Assembly: GCA_017882045.1 (NCBI GenBank)
Contig: JADGQF010000001.1
Coordinates: forward strand, 16,288-80,287
Origin: Anaerolineales bacterium
GTDB taxonomy: Bacteria; Chloroflexota; Anaerolineae; CG2-30-64-16
Direction: 5' to 3'
Length of the DNA: 64,000 nt
The first letter of the stretch is position 1. Every line of letters begins with the position of its first letter. A program made the position numbers and the translations under genes. The notes beneath the pieces were generated by a model. That model had not been told where the DNA came from. It saw only the letters and a program-made list of their open reading frames with translations, and searched no databases. This document shows positions 44,906 through 55,963 of the stretch, one piece after another.

Positions 44906-46126
44906 ATGACTAATTACCTGATCCGGCGCTTGTTTCAGATGGCCCTGGTCGTGTTTCTGGCGGCCCTCTTCACCTATTTCCTGTTCAACATTGCGCCCGG
45001 CGGCCCCTTGACCGGCCTCGCCCAGCAGCAACGCCGGTTGAACCGCGACGACCTGGCCCGCCTGCGGGCCGGGTACGAACTGGACCTCTATTGGCCGGTC
45101 CGCTTCTCGCGCTGGCTGATCGGCGAGCCGCGCGGCCCTATCACCATTGCCGGCAAACCGATCTTCGCCAACGTGGCCGTGGGTTGTTATCTGACGCGCG
45201 ACGCGGGGTTCACAAAGAATACTGACGGCACATTGACACCCGTCGCCGCCGGCTGTGACCAATATGAGTACCTCAGCGACATCCAAAAGTATCACCCGCT
45301 GATCAAGACCAGCAACGGCATTTTGCGCCTGGATTTCGGCCTTTCGAGCGTCATTCTGCGCGACCGGCCCGTCTTGGAGCTGCTCAAGAGCCGCATCGGC
45401 CCCACTCTCCTGCTGATGAGCCTGGCGACGCTGTTTTCATTGATCATCGCCGTGCCCATCGGCATTTACAGCGCCGTCCGGCAATACTCGCGCTTCGATT
45501 ATTTCTTCACCACTATTTCGTTCATCGGTTCGGCCATGCCGGTGTTCTTCTTTGGGCTGCTGCTGATCCTGGTACTATCGGTATTCCCGGCTGAGCTCCA
45601 GTCGACAGTCCCCTGGATCCCACGCTTGCCGCCCGGCTTCGCCGTTGCCGTGCGTGACTATGATGTGGCCTCGTGGCTGCAAAATGTCTCCGCGGGCTCC
45701 CTGCTCGACCGGCTGCTGCACCTGGTTATGCCGGTAGCAGTCTTGACCTTTGCTTACATGGCCGGCTGGAGCCGCTTCGTGCGTTCGTCGATGTTGGAAG
45801 TGATGCGCCAGGATTACGTGCGCACGGCGCGTGCCAAGGGGCTGTTTGAGAGGGTCGTCATCGTCAAACACGCGCTCCGCAACGCGCTCATCCCCTTCGT
45901 CACCATCGTGGTGCTTCAGCTTCCGGGCATCTTCGCCGGGGCCATTCTAACCGAAACGGTATTCGCCTGGCCGGGCATGGGCCGCCTTTATTTTGACGCT
46001 TTGAACCGCAGCGACTGGCCGGTAGCCCTGTCGGTTATCTTCATTGAGGCCGTGCTGACTGTGTTTGCCACGCTGCTCGGCGACATCCTGTACACGGTAG
46101 TTGACCCGCGCATCAAGTACTCTTAA
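44906..46126 (+). CDS. ABC transporter permease (DppB/OppB-like), system 1
   Basis: The N-terminus is MTNYLIRRLFQMALVVFLA and the EAA-region motif is DYVRTARAKGLFERVV. Confidence 0.9.
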   Translation: MTNYLIRRLFQMALVVFLAALFTYFLFNIAPGGPLTGLAQQQRRLNRDDLARLRAGYELDLYWPVRFSRWLIGEPRGPITIAGKPIFANVAVGCYLTRDAGFTKNTDGTLTPVAAGCDQYEYLSDIQKYHPLIKTSNGILRLDFGLSSVILRDRPVLELLKSRIGPTLLLMSLATLFSLIIAVPIGIYSAVRQYSRFDYFFTTISFIGSAMPVFFFGLLLILVLSVFPAELQSTVPWIPRLPPGFAVAVRDYDVASWLQNVSAGSLLDRLLHLVMPVAVLTFAYMAGWSRFVRSSMLEVMRQDYVRTARAKGLFERVVIVKHALRNALIPFVTIVVLQLPGIFAGAILTETVFAWPGMGRLYFDALNRSDWPVALSVIFIEAVLTVFATLLGDILYTVVDPRIKYS

Positions 46127-46140
46127 CCTGGAGCGTATTC

Positions 46141-47142
46141 ATGACGACCGCCGCCCGAATTGTTCCCGTGAGGAACCGAGCCGAAGATGCCACGCAGGAG
46201 AACCAGCTGGCTCTGATCGCCCGGCGCTTCCTGCGCCATCGGCTGGCGACTGCATCCCTGATCCTGATTCTCTTCGTCTTTGTGGCTTCGCTGCTCGCGC
46301 CAGTGATCACGGTTTTCCCGCGCGACGCGATCGACATCTCCTCTGCCAACCGGCCGGCGCCGCCCGGCGTGGTAGACAGCCAGGGCCGGGTTCACATTCT
46401 GGGCATCGATCAATTGGGGCGCGACTTGTTCACGCGCGTCCTGTACGCGGCACGTGTCTCTCTATCCATCGCCTTTGCGGTGGTCCTGGTGTCCGAGACT
46501 TTCGGCGCGCTGGTCGGCGCAGTGGCGGGCTATTACGGCGGCGGGATCGATATGATTATCTCCCGTATCATCGAGTTCATGCTCACGATCCCCACCCTGC
46601 CGATCCTGCTCATCATCTCGGCCATCCTGATCAAGAGCGACACCGTGCTGCCGCTGCCCGGCTTCGTCACCAAAACGTTGAGCGCGGTCATGCTGGCTCC
46701 CGAGCGCGAGGTACAGAAGGTCGTCGTCCTGATCCTGATCCTGATCGTCTTCGGCTGGATGGGCGCCGCCCGCTTGATGCGCGGCATGGCCCTCTCGGAG
46801 ACCAAAAAGGACTATGTCGAGGCGCTGCGCTCGGTCGGCGCCTCAGATGTACGCATCATCTTCCGGCACATCATCCCCAACGGACTGGCGCCGATCCTGG
46901 TAAATGCCAGCCTCAATTTGGGCGGTGTCATTGTGCTGGAATCGGCCCTCAGCTTCCTCGGCCTGGGCGTTCAGGATCCGACGCCGACCTGGGGGAACAT
47001 TCTGGCCTTGTCCCAGAGCTATATGTCCCAACACCCGTGGATGCCACTGGTGCCCGGCGTACCACTCGTCATCGTGTCGATCGGCTTCAACTTCGTCGGC
47101 GACGGTCTGCGCGACGCGCTCGATCCGCGCCTGAAACGTTGA
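46141..47142 (+). CDS. ABC transporter permease (DppC/OppC-like), system 1
   Basis: YVEALRSVGASDVRIIFRHIIPN is the DppC/OppC-type motif, within a polytopic protein. Confidence 0.9.
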   Translation: MTTAARIVPVRNRAEDATQENQLALIARRFLRHRLATASLILILFVFVASLLAPVITVFPRDAIDISSANRPAPPGVVDSQGRVHILGIDQLGRDLFTRVLYAARVSLSIAFAVVLVSETFGALVGAVAGYYGGGIDMIISRIIEFMLTIPTLPILLIISAILIKSDTVLPLPGFVTKTLSAVMLAPEREVQKVVVLILILIVFGWMGAARLMRGMALSETKKDYVEALRSVGASDVRIIFRHIIPNGLAPILVNASLNLGGVIVLESALSFLGLGVQDPTPTWGNILALSQSYMSQHPWMPLVPGVPLVIVSIGFNFVGDGLRDALDPRLKR

Positions 47143-47257
47143 GGTCTGCCGGCGATTGGGTAGCCGGCCCCTTGAATAAACCGGGCGCATATGTTAGCAT
47201 TTCTTCTCGTTATGTAAGTTTGTTATTGCCAGCGCTAGAAACAAGGCATCAAGCACT

Positions 47258-48364
47258 ATGACTCTTACAGCTCTCATGATTGACGGAAACAAGAAGGAAA
47301 GATCGGATAGGATCCTGCTCGAGGTCAAGGGATTGAAGACCTACTTCTACACCGAAGACGGCGTCGTACAAGCCGTCAACGGGGTGGACTTCACCATCCG
47401 CGAAGGGGAAGTGATGGGCCTGGTGGGCGAATCTGGCAGCGGCAAAAGCGTGACCTCGCTCTCCATCATGCGCCTCTTGGGCGCGTCGGGGAAGATCGTC
47501 GCAGGCGAGGTCATCTTCAAGGACCGTGACCTGGTGAAGGTGAGCGAAGACGAGATGGTGAAACTGCGCGGCCGCGACATCTCGATGATCTTCCAGCAAC
47601 CCACCAGTTGTCTTAACCCGGTATTTCGCGTGGCCGAGCAGGTTGGAGAAGTGCTGCAGGTGCACCGCGGGTTCGGCAAGGAAGAGTCGTGGAAACAGGC
47701 GGTCGATATGCTGCGCCTGGTCGGCATCCCTGACCCCGAGCGTCGCGCCCACTCCTTCCCACATGAAATCTCGGGTGGTCAGGCTCAACGGGTAATGATC
47801 GCCATGGCCCTGGCCTGCGCACCCGATCTTTTGATCGCCGACGAGCCAACCACTGCGCTCGACGTAACCATCCAGGCACAGATCCTTGACCTGATGCGCC
47901 GGCTGCGCAGCGATACCGGCACGGCCATCCTGCTCATCACGCATGATATGGGCGTGATCGCCGAGATATGCGACAACGTGGCCGTGATGTACGCCGGGCA
48001 GATCGTCGAGTACGGCGACGTCAACACCATCTTCGATAATCCCCTGATGCCGTACACGGAAGGTCTCCTGGCCGCCATCCCGGTGCTCGGCGAGATACGC
48101 GATAGGCTCGCCGTCATCCCCGGCTCGGTGCCGAACCTGATTAATCTGCCGACGGGCTGTAAGTTCGCTCCTCGCTGTCCATACGCGAAAGAGTTCTGCA
48201 CCCTCGACACCCCGCCGCTGGTCGAGGTCGAGCCGAACCACCGGGTGCGCTGCTATATGCGCCAGCCGGAGACCAAGCATCGATGGGGCGAGGTGAAACG
48301 CGCCGACTGGCACTTCCTGGGCGACGAGGTGCTGATCACGACCGCGCCCGAGCAGGAGGCCTGA
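47258..48364 (+). CDS. ABC transporter ATP-binding protein (DppD/OppD-like), system 1
   Basis: Walker A is GESGSGKS, the signature is ISGGQAQR and Walker B is LLIADEPT. It has the oligopeptide-type C-terminal extension with Cys motif. Confidence 0.9.
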   Translation: MTLTALMIDGNKKERSDRILLEVKGLKTYFYTEDGVVQAVNGVDFTIREGEVMGLVGESGSGKSVTSLSIMRLLGASGKIVAGEVIFKDRDLVKVSEDEMVKLRGRDISMIFQQPTSCLNPVFRVAEQVGEVLQVHRGFGKEESWKQAVDMLRLVGIPDPERRAHSFPHEISGGQAQRVMIAMALACAPDLLIADEPTTALDVTIQAQILDLMRRLRSDTGTAILLITHDMGVIAEICDNVAVMYAGQIVEYGDVNTIFDNPLMPYTEGLLAAIPVLGEIRDRLAVIPGSVPNLINLPTGCKFAPRCPYAKEFCTLDTPPLVEVEPNHRVRCYMRQPETKHRWGEVKRADWHFLGDEVLITTAPEQEA

Positions 48365-48365
48365 G

Positions 48366-49400
48366 ATGGCGATCAAGATCGAAGATAGCAAAAAGGACCT
48401 CCTGGTCGTGCAAGATCTGAAGAAATACTTCCCCGTTCGCTCGGGCTTGCTGCAGCGCGTTGCGGCCTGGGTTAAGGCGGTGGATGGCGTGAGTTTCAGC
48501 ATCCGCGAGGGCGAGACTTTCGGGCTGGTGGGCGAGTCGGGCTGTGGCAAGACCACGGTCGGGCGCAGTATCCTGCGCTTGATCCCGGCCACTGGCGGCT
48601 CGGTGTTCTTTGACGGCGAGGATGTGTACGGCAAGCGGGGCGCGGATCTCAAGGCGTTGCGGCGCAACATGCAGATCATCTTCCAGGACCCGTACTCATC
48701 GCTGGACCCGCGCATGCCCGTCGGCGACATCATTGCCGAAGGGCTGCAGATCCACAATATCGGACACGGCAAAGAGCGGCACGAGATCGTGCAGGCGATG
48801 CTCGACAAGGTCGGGTTGAATCCTTACCACGCGCGTCGTTATCCTCACGAGTTCTCCGGAGGCCAGCGGCAGCGCATCGGCATTGCGCGGGCGCTCGCGC
48901 TGCGGCCAAAGTTCATTGTGTGCGACGAACCGGTCTCGGCCCTGGATGTGTCCATCCAGTCGCAAGTCCTGAATCTGCTCAACGACCTGCAACGGGAATT
49001 CGGTCTCACCTACCTCTTTATTGCTCATAACCTCAGCGTGGTAGAGCACATCAGCGACCGGGTGGGCGTGATGTACCTGGGCAAGATGGTCGAGCTGGCC
49101 AGCCGCGAAGAGCTGTTCCGCAACCCGCTGCACCCCTATACGCAGGCCTTGATGTCCGCCATCCCTGTACCCAACCCCCGGCTGAAGCGCCAGCGCATCG
49201 TGCTCACCGGCGACGTGCCTTCGCCACTTAACCCGCCCAGCGGCTGCCGTTTCCATCCGCGCTGCCCACTGGCCGTCGAGATCTGCAAACACGTCGACCC
49301 GCCTTTCGAGCAAAAGGCTGCGGACCACTGGGTCGCCTGCCACCTGGTGCCTTCTGGCATTCCTAAGAGTTCTGCACAGCCGGCGGCCCTGGCGCATTGA
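48366..49400 (+). CDS. ABC transporter ATP-binding protein (DppF/OppF-like), system 1
   Basis: Walker A is GESGCGKTT, the signature is FSGGQRQR and Walker B is [12 protein letters not shown]. Confidence 0.9.
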   Translation: MAIKIEDSKKDLLVVQDLKKYFPVRSGLLQRVAAWVKAVDGVSFSIREGETFGLVGESGCGKTTVGRSILRLIPATGGSVFFDGEDVYGKRGADLKALRRNMQIIFQDPYSSLDPRMPVGDIIAEGLQIHNIGHGKERHEIVQAMLDKVGLNPYHARRYPHEFSGGQRQRIGIARALALRPKFIVCDEPVSALDVSIQSQVLNLLNDLQREFGLTYLFIAHNLSVVEHISDRVGVMYLGKMVELASREELFRNPLHPYTQALMSAIPVPNPRLKRQRIVLTGDVPSPLNPPSGCRFHPRCPLAVEICKHVDPPFEQKAADHWVACHLVPSGIPKSSAQPAALAH

Positions 49401-49418
49401 CGCCAGACCCAAGGTAGC

Positions 49419-49448
49419 CCCAGGCTCTCCGGCAAGGGAAAGCCTGGG
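49419..49448 (+). terminator. Hairpin after ABC operon 1
   Basis: CCCAGGCT-(14 nt)-AGCCTGGG is an 8-bp stem, but there is no U-tract. Confidence 0.35.
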
Positions 49449-49527
49449 ACCTGCCGGCCACAGCCCCCGCACCCGGTTTTCGTCTGTGAGCTTACATCCT
49501 TTCCTTTCGTCCCCTTTAAACTTTGGC

Positions 49528-49556
49528 TTGACACCGATTTACCCCTGTGCTATCAT
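49528..49556 (+). promoter_or_regulatory. Putative promoter of ABC transporter operon 2
   Basis: TTGACA (49528-49533), 17-nt spacer, TATCAT (49551-49556). This predicts a leader of about 140 nt. Confidence 0.6.
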
Positions 49557-49704
49557 CCGCGTCATACATTATGGAAGTTCCTTACAATTGGCGGTTAGCA
49601 ATCGATTAGGCTTCCAACTTATAACAAGGAACTCTTGGTGTCTCCGAGAATACCAAAACTGCTAAGCTCCCATACGTGGCACATTTTCCGCCCGGAGGAT
49701 TTGG

Positions 49705-50703
49705 ATGGGTAGTCTGCTCGAGGTGAAGGGCCTGGAGACGCGCTTCTTTACCCAGGACGGGTTGGTTAAGGCCGTTAACGGCATTTCATACCACCTGGAT
49801 GAAGGCGAAACCCTGGCAATTGTAGGCGAAAGCGGATGCGGGAAGAGCGTGGGGGTGCTGTCACTCTTGCGTCTCATCCCACAGCCGCCCGGCAAGGTGA
49901 CTGCTGGCGAGGTCTGGTTCGAGGGCAAAGACCTCCTGCAAATGAGCGATGAAGAGATCAGGCAAGTGCGCGGCAACCGCATCGCCATGATCTTCCAGGA
50001 CCCGATGACCTCCCTCAACCCGGTGCTGACCATCGGATTTCAAGTATCCGAAGCCCTTATGCTGCACATGGGCATGGACCGGGCAGCCGCGGCCAAGCGC
50101 ACGGTCGAGCTATTGGAGATGGTCGGCATCCCCGAGGCTGCCAACCGCATCGACGACTACCCCCATCAATTCTCCGGCGGCATGCGCCAACGCGTGATGA
50201 TCGCCATGGGCCTGAGCTGCAACCCGCAAATCCTCATTGCCGACGAGCCAACCACCGCGCTGGATGTGACGATCCAGGCCCAGATCACGGACCTGGTCAA
50301 ACGACTGCGCGACGAGATCGGCATGGCGATCATTTGGATCACGCACGACCTGGGCGTCGTGGCCGGCCTGGCCGACCGGGTGATCGTCATGTACGCCGGT
50401 TTCATCGTAGAGGAAGCAGCGGTCAAGGACCTTTACGCGCGTCCCAGCCATCCTTACACGGTGGGTCTGCTCGGATCATTGCCCAGGCTAGACGCCGGTC
50501 GAGCACACCGGCTGGTTTCCATCGAGGGCTTGCCGCCCGACTTGATCGATCTGCCCAAGGGGTGCCCATTCTTTGCCCGCTGCAAGTACCGGATTGAGCG
50601 TTGTGCAGTCGAGAACCCGCACCTGGAACCGGTGTCGCCGGGCCACAGGATCGCTTGTTGGGTCGACGTAAACACTGGGAAGGGGCGCAGCTATGAGCAG
50701 TAA
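49705..50703 (+). CDS. ABC transporter ATP-binding protein (DppD/OppD-like), system 2
   Basis: GGAGGA lies upstream. Walker A is GESGCGKS, the signature is FSGGMRQR and Walker B is ILIADEPT. Confidence 0.9.
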   Translation: MGSLLEVKGLETRFFTQDGLVKAVNGISYHLDEGETLAIVGESGCGKSVGVLSLLRLIPQPPGKVTAGEVWFEGKDLLQMSDEEIRQVRGNRIAMIFQDPMTSLNPVLTIGFQVSEALMLHMGMDRAAAAKRTVELLEMVGIPEAANRIDDYPHQFSGGMRQRVMIAMGLSCNPQILIADEPTTALDVTIQAQITDLVKRLRDEIGMAIIWITHDLGVVAGLADRVIVMYAGFIVEEAAVKDLYARPSHPYTVGLLGSLPRLDAGRAHRLVSIEGLPPDLIDLPKGCPFFARCKYRIERCAVENPHLEPVSPGHRIACWVDVNTGKGRSYEQ

Positions 50704-51709
50704 CGGCAAGGGTTCTCAAGAGCACGGCGCCGCCGTACACGAGAAGCTCCTCGAGGTCAAGGGCCTCAAAATGTGGTTCCCGATTTTCCGGGGCATCCTG
50801 CAGCGCCATGTGGCCGATGTCAAAGCGGTCGACGGTATCAACTTCGATGTCTATAAAGGCGAGACGCTGGGCCTGGTAGGCGAATCGGGGTGTGGGAAAT
50901 CCACTACCGGCCGCGCGATCCTGCAACTGTACCGGCCGACCGACGGCGAGGTCCTGTTCGAGGGCAAAAATTTGCCTGACATCAAAGGCAATGACCTGCG
51001 CCAAATGCGCCGCCAGATGCAAATGATCTTCCAGGACCCCTATGCCTCCCTTAACCCACGCATGACCGTGGGCAGCATCGTTGGCGAGCCGCTGGAAGTG
51101 CACAACATCGGTGACCGCGCCTCACGGCTGGAGCGCGTGCGGGAGCTGTTGAAGGTGGTGGGCCTCAACCCTTACTTCATCAACCGCTATCCACACGAGT
51201 TCTCCGGCGGGCAGCGCCAGCGCATCGGCGTGGCGCGCGCCCTGGCCGTTAACCCATCTTTCATCGTGTGCGACGAGCCAATCTCGGCTCTCGACGTTTC
51301 GATCCAGGCCCAGATCATCAATTTGCTCGAAGACCTGCAGGAGAAGCTGGGCCTGACCTACTTGTTCATCGCCCATGACCTGTCGGTGGTGCGCCACATC
51401 TCGAACCGGATCGCGGTTATGTACCTGGGCAAAATCATGGAACTGGCGGACCGCGACGAGCTCTATCGCAATCCGATGCATCCGTACAGCCAGGCGTTGC
51501 TCTCGGCAGTGCCGATCCCTGACCCGGCCATCGAAGAAAAACGCAAGCGCATCATTCTGGAAGGCGACGTGCCGTCTCCGGTGAACCCGCCCAAGGGCTG
51601 CCACTTCTGCACGCGCTGTCCGAAGGTCATGGACATCTGCCGGGAACAAGAACCCGAGTTCCGCGACTATGGCGGCGGCCATTTCGTGGCCTGCTGGTTG
51701 CATCAGTAA
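50693..51709 (+). CDS. ABC transporter ATP-binding protein (DppF/OppF-like), system 2
   Basis: Walker A is GESGCGKST, the signature is FSGGQRQR and Walker B is [12 protein letters not shown]. There is an 11-nt overlap with the upstream gene. Confidence 0.9.
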   Translation: MSSNGKGSQEHGAAVHEKLLEVKGLKMWFPIFRGILQRHVADVKAVDGINFDVYKGETLGLVGESGCGKSTTGRAILQLYRPTDGEVLFEGKNLPDIKGNDLRQMRRQMQMIFQDPYASLNPRMTVGSIVGEPLEVHNIGDRASRLERVRELLKVVGLNPYFINRYPHEFSGGQRQRIGVARALAVNPSFIVCDEPISALDVSIQAQIINLLEDLQEKLGLTYLFIAHDLSVVRHISNRIAVMYLGKIMELADRDELYRNPMHPYSQALLSAVPIPDPAIEEKRKRIILEGDVPSPVNPPKGCHFCTRCPKVMDICREQEPEFRDYGGGHFVACWLHQ

Positions 51710-51890
51710 GCCGGCCGGGGACATAGCTGCCCCGGCCGCAAGCTGGCCAGCCAGCAACCTGGCCCGGCTTGAAAGGAGGTGGAGGACTATCTAGGACCCC
51801 CAGGCGTGGACTTGCCCGGTTAGCGATTGTAACCGGCACGAGCCAATCCATTTCTGCGTTAGAGAACTTCATCCAAGGGAGGAGACACAC

Positions 51891-53723
51891 ATGTCTGTCA
51901 AGAAGCTGTCCACTGTGCTGGGCCTGATCCTGATCGCCAGCATGTTCCTGACTTCCTGCGTGACCCCTGCGCCCCAGGTTGTGGAAAAGGTCGTGACCCA
52001 GGTCGTCACCCAGGAAAAGCAGGTCATTCAGACCCAGGTTGTCGAGAAGCAGGTCCAGGTAGTCGCGACTCCGACGGCTCTGCCGAAGGAAAAAGTGGTG
52101 CGCATCAACCTCGGCTCTTACCCCGATGTCATCGATCCTCAGAAGAGCTCCTTCGTCAACGAAATCGCGCACCTGAAGCTGATGTACGAAGGCCTGACCA
52201 AGCTGGATAAGGACCTGAAGACCGTCCCCGGCTCCGCTGAGAAGTGGACGTACAATGCGGACGCCACGCAGCTCACCTTCAACATCCGCGCCGGACTGAA
52301 GTACAGCGACGGCTCGCCCCTCAACGCCGCCCGTTTCAAGTTCGCGCTCACGCGCAACATCAACCCGGCGACTGCCGGCGAGTATGCCCAGATCACGGAT
52401 GAGATCAAGGGCGCTCCCGAGTGGCGCGCCTTCAAGGCTGATGACAAGAAGACCGCGGACGAGAATGCCAAGGCCGCAGCCGACCTCCAGGCAGTGGTCG
52501 ACAAGAGCATCGCCGTTTCCCATCCTGACGGCAAGGCTTGCGCCGCGACGGACACCTACAAAGACGTCGACTGCACCGTCCTGGCGCTGACGTTCTCCAA
52601 GCCGGCGCCCTACTTCCACACCGTGATGTCCCTGTGGGTCACCTACCCGGCCAAGGAAGAAAATATCACGACCGGCGGCGAGAACTGGTGGAACAGCTCC
52701 AAGTGGCAGGTTGGCAACGGCCCCTTCATCTTGAAGAGCCTCGAGCCCTTTGTCAAGGGCGTGTTCGTGCCGAACGGCCAATACTGGGGCGACAAAGCCA
52801 AGGTCAACATCGAGTACTCCTACATCGTCGATAGCGCTGTAGCCTTCCAGGCCTACAAGAACAACGAGTTCGACGTCATTCCGGCGGCGGCCGAGGACCT
52901 GGCTACCATCAAGAACGATGCGACCATGAGCAAGGAACTGGTGAACTACCCCGGTTCCTGCACCTACGCCATCATGTTCCATCAACTGAAGGAACCCTTC
53001 ACCGACCAGAAGGTGCGTGAGGCATTCGCGATGGCCTACGACCGTGAAGGCTGGGTGAAGGACGTCCTGCAAACCCTGGGCAAGCCCACCCTCACCTGGA
53101 TCCCGCCTGGGTACCCTGGGTACGACGCCAGCGAGAACCGCTGGGGCTACAACCCAGATGCGGCCAAGAAGGCCCTGTCCGAGTCCAAGTACGGCAGCGC
53201 CGACAAGCTGCCCCCGATCAAGCTGACCTTCAGCGACAGCCCGCGCAACCGCATGCGCTACGAGTGGCTGGCGGCCAAGTGGAAGGACGTCCTGGGCGTC
53301 ACGGTTACGCTGGATCCGGTTGAGGCGACGACCTACACCGCCCTGACCAAGGACATCAAGACTGCGCCTTTGGCGTTCATCCTCGGCTGGTGCGCCGACT
53401 ATCCCGATCCGCAGAACTGGCTGAGCGTGTACTGGAAGACGGGTGCTTTCGGCGAGCGCATCGGCTACTCGAACCCCGACCTGGACAAACTTATTAGTCA
53501 GGCCGACGTCGAGATCGATCCGGCCAAGCGCATGGACCTCTACAACCAGGCCCAGAAGCTGCTGATCACCGGCGCCCCCGTGGCATTCGCCTGGAACAGC
53601 GTCAACACCTACCTGGTCAAGCCCTGGGTGAAGGGCGTCGTCACGACCCCGCAAGACTCTGACTTCCCGGGCAGCACCGTCCCGACGAGCATCGACATCG
53701 ATACGGCCGCGCTGCCTAAGTAA
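51891..53723 (+). CDS. ABC transporter substrate-binding lipoprotein, family 5, system 2
   Basis: GGGAGGAG lies upstream. The signal is MSVKKLSTVLGLILIASMFLTSC, followed by a QVVEKVVTQVVTQEKQVIQTQVVEKQVQVV tether and an SBP_bac_5-like body. The antisense ORF 51627..53654 is rejected. Confidence 0.88.
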   Translation: MSVKKLSTVLGLILIASMFLTSCVTPAPQVVEKVVTQVVTQEKQVIQTQVVEKQVQVVATPTALPKEKVVRINLGSYPDVIDPQKSSFVNEIAHLKLMYEGLTKLDKDLKTVPGSAEKWTYNADATQLTFNIRAGLKYSDGSPLNAARFKFALTRNINPATAGEYAQITDEIKGAPEWRAFKADDKKTADENAKAAADLQAVVDKSIAVSHPDGKACAATDTYKDVDCTVLALTFSKPAPYFHTVMSLWVTYPAKEENITTGGENWWNSSKWQVGNGPFILKSLEPFVKGVFVPNGQYWGDKAKVNIEYSYIVDSAVAFQAYKNNEFDVIPAAAEDLATIKNDATMSKELVNYPGSCTYAIMFHQLKEPFTDQKVREAFAMAYDREGWVKDVLQTLGKPTLTWIPPGYPGYDASENRWGYNPDAAKKALSESKYGSADKLPPIKLTFSDSPRNRMRYEWLAAKWKDVLGVTVTLDPVEATTYTALTKDIKTAPLAFILGWCADYPDPQNWLSVYWKTGAFGERIGYSNPDLDKLISQADVEIDPAKRMDLYNQAQKLLITGAPVAFAWNSVNTYLVKPWVKGVVTTPQDSDFPGSTVPTSIDIDTAALPK

Positions 53724-53741
53724 GCCAGCCGCGTGCTAAGC

Positions 53742-53817
53742 AGAGACCGGGTTCCACCATTCGCAACGAATGGTCGGGAACCCGGTCTCTAGCCCAGGCG
53801 GGAGCCCGATCTGGGCT
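53742..53817 (+). other. Very long intercistronic hairpin plus a second hairpin between the binding-protein and permease genes
   Basis: AGAGACCGGGTTCC-ACCATTCG-caa-CGAATGGT-c-GGGAACCCGGTCTCT (53742-53790, about 22 bp) is followed by AGCCCAG-(13 nt)-CTGGGCT (53791-53817). Confidence 0.6.
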
Positions 53818-53890
53818 TCCACGGCCGGTGCCCGCGGGTTCCCCGGGCGCCGGCTACATCTCAGCGCCGGTTTGTGAGGGACTGCAAACC

Positions 53891-54886
53891 ATGACGACCT
53901 ATATCGTGCGGCGGCTGCTCTGGCTGATCCCGGTCATTTTCTTTGTGTCGTTGATCACCTTTACGCTGATGCATGCGACACCGGGCGGCCCGTGGGACCG
54001 GGACCCCAGCGCCCGGCAGGTAGACGCCCGGACCCAAGAATTGCTCAACTCGCGTTTCGGCCTGGATAAACCCTGGTTCATCAACATCAGCGGTGGAAAC
54101 CCGCTGGATAGCCAGTTCCTGAATTATCTTTGGGGCCTGGTACACCTGGACCTGGGACCTTCCTACCGGCAACGCGGCCTGGATGTGCAAGATATTCTGT
54201 TCCAGCCATCCGAGGGCAAGCCATTCTTCGATAGCAAATTTGGCTATTCGGCCCGCCTCGGCTTGCTGGCGCTGGGCCTTGCGGTAGTGTTCGGTATTCC
54301 GTTCGGCATCATCGCCGCCCTTAACCGGAATACAATCATCGACTACATTACGCTGTTCCTCTCGACCATCGGTATTTCAGTGCCGAACTTCGTCCTGGGC
54401 ATCCTCTTGATCATTGTCTTCGCGGGCCAGCTAAAGATCATCAAGATCGTCCAGGCAAACTGGAGCGCCCCAGGCGCCTGGTTTATCCCGGCCATCATCC
54501 TGGGCTTCAATACCTTCGCCTACATCACCCGCCTGACCCGCTCCACCATGCTCGAGGTTATGCAGCAGGACTATATCCGCACGGCACGCGCCAAGGGATT
54601 GGCCAACCGGGTGGTCGTTATCCGTCACATGCTGCGCAATGCCCTGATCCCGGTGGTGACAATCATGGGCCCTGCGCTGGCCGGCCTGGTGACCGGTTCA
54701 TTCATCATCGAATCTATGTTTGCCTTTCCGGGCATGGGCCGGCAATACGTGATGTCGATTCAGAACCGTGACTACTCCATGATCATGGGCACCACCCTGA
54801 TCTTCGCGCTGCTGATAGCCGTCGCCAACCTGACCGTCGACGTTATCTACGGGTTCCTGGACCCGCGCATCAAGGTGGGAGATTGA
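53891..54886 (+). CDS. ABC transporter permease (DppB/OppB-like), system 2
   Basis: ATG at 53891. The N-terminus is MTTYIVRRLLWLIPVIFFV and the EAA-region motif is DYIRTARAKGLANRVV. Confidence 0.9.
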   Translation: MTTYIVRRLLWLIPVIFFVSLITFTLMHATPGGPWDRDPSARQVDARTQELLNSRFGLDKPWFINISGGNPLDSQFLNYLWGLVHLDLGPSYRQRGLDVQDILFQPSEGKPFFDSKFGYSARLGLLALGLAVVFGIPFGIIAALNRNTIIDYITLFLSTIGISVPNFVLGILLIIVFAGQLKIIKIVQANWSAPGAWFIPAIILGFNTFAYITRLTRSTMLEVMQQDYIRTARAKGLANRVVVIRHMLRNALIPVVTIMGPALAGLVTGSFIIESMFAFPGMGRQYVMSIQNRDYSMIMGTTLIFALLIAVANLTVDVIYGFLDPRIKVGD

Positions 54887-54893
54887 ACCGACC

Positions 54894-55883
54894 ATGACCG
54901 CACAGGCTAATTCACTTCAGCAGCCTCTCGGCTTGCAAACCATATCCCGCCCACCCCGCTCCCTGTGGAGCGATGCCTGGCATCGTTTGCTGCGCAACCG
55001 GGCCGCCATCGCCGGGGCGATCATCATCCTGTTCTTCATCGCGATCGCCGTCTTCGCGCCCCTCATTGCGCCGCACAACCCGCTCAAGATTTACGACGGC
55101 AAAGGCTTCCTGCCCCCGGCCTGGGTGACAAGGGGGCCCAATGGGAAAGCCGGCGAGCCACAGTTCCTGCTCGGCACCGACAGCCTGGGGCGGGATAGTC
55201 TCAGCCGCACTATCTATGGCGCGCGCGTCTCCATGGTGGTGGGCTTCGTCCCCGTGCTGATTATCCTGGTCGTCGGCATCACAATGGGGCTCCTGGCGGG
55301 CTACAGAGGCGGGCGAACCGACAACCTGCTCATGCGCCTCGGGGATATCATCTACGCTTTCCCCGACCTGTTGTTCTTCATTATCGTTATGACCGCCCTG
55401 CGCGACACGCCGATTGGGCAGGCCTTGAACGGCCTGATCCTGCTGTTCGCCGCGCTATCGATCGTCAATTGGGTCGGCCTGGCCCGCCTGGTGCGTGGGC
55501 AGGTGCTGTCGCTGCGGCGCAAGGAATTCGTCGAGGCCGCGCGCATGATTGGCTCATCCGATACGCGCATCATGCTCAAACACCTGCTGCCCAACTGCCT
55601 GGGTCCGATCATCGTCTCGACCGCCTTCAGCATCCCGGGCATGATCATCACCGAGGCTGTGCTGGGCTACCTGGGCATCGGCCTACGCCCGTCGACCGAC
55701 CCGCACGCGATCTTCATCACCAGTTGGGGGTCGCTGTTGTTGGACGGCCAGACCGCGATCAACGCTCAATACTGGCTACTGATCGCGCCGGCCATCTGCG
55801 TGGCGCTGGTCGTGCTGGGCTTCAACTATGTAGGCGACGGCCTGCGCGACGCCCTGGACCCCCGCCTGGCGGGAACCGAGTAA
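54894..55883 (+). CDS. ABC transporter permease (DppC/OppC-like), system 2
   Basis: FVEAARMIGSSDTRIMLKHLLPN is the DppC/OppC-type motif. Confidence 0.9.
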   Translation: MTAQANSLQQPLGLQTISRPPRSLWSDAWHRLLRNRAAIAGAIIILFFIAIAVFAPLIAPHNPLKIYDGKGFLPPAWVTRGPNGKAGEPQFLLGTDSLGRDSLSRTIYGARVSMVVGFVPVLIILVVGITMGLLAGYRGGRTDNLLMRLGDIIYAFPDLLFFIIVMTALRDTPIGQALNGLILLFAALSIVNWVGLARLVRGQVLSLRRKEFVEAARMIGSSDTRIMLKHLLPNCLGPIIVSTAFSIPGMIITEAVLGYLGIGLRPSTDPHAIFITSWGSLLLDGQTAINAQYWLLIAPAICVALVVLGFNYVGDGLRDALDPRLAGTE

Positions 55884-55908
55884 GAGCGCTCAGAGGATTG
55901 AAGTCAAG

Positions 55909-55939
55909 GGGGAACGGGCCTCGCCCATTCCCCTTTTTT
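55909..55939 (+). terminator. Rho-independent terminator of ABC operon 2
   Basis: GGGGAACGGGC-ctc-GCCCATTCCCC (one C/A mismatch) is followed by TTTTTT. Confidence 0.75.
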
Positions 55940-55963
55940 GTGCCCTTGTGGAGGATATCACTT

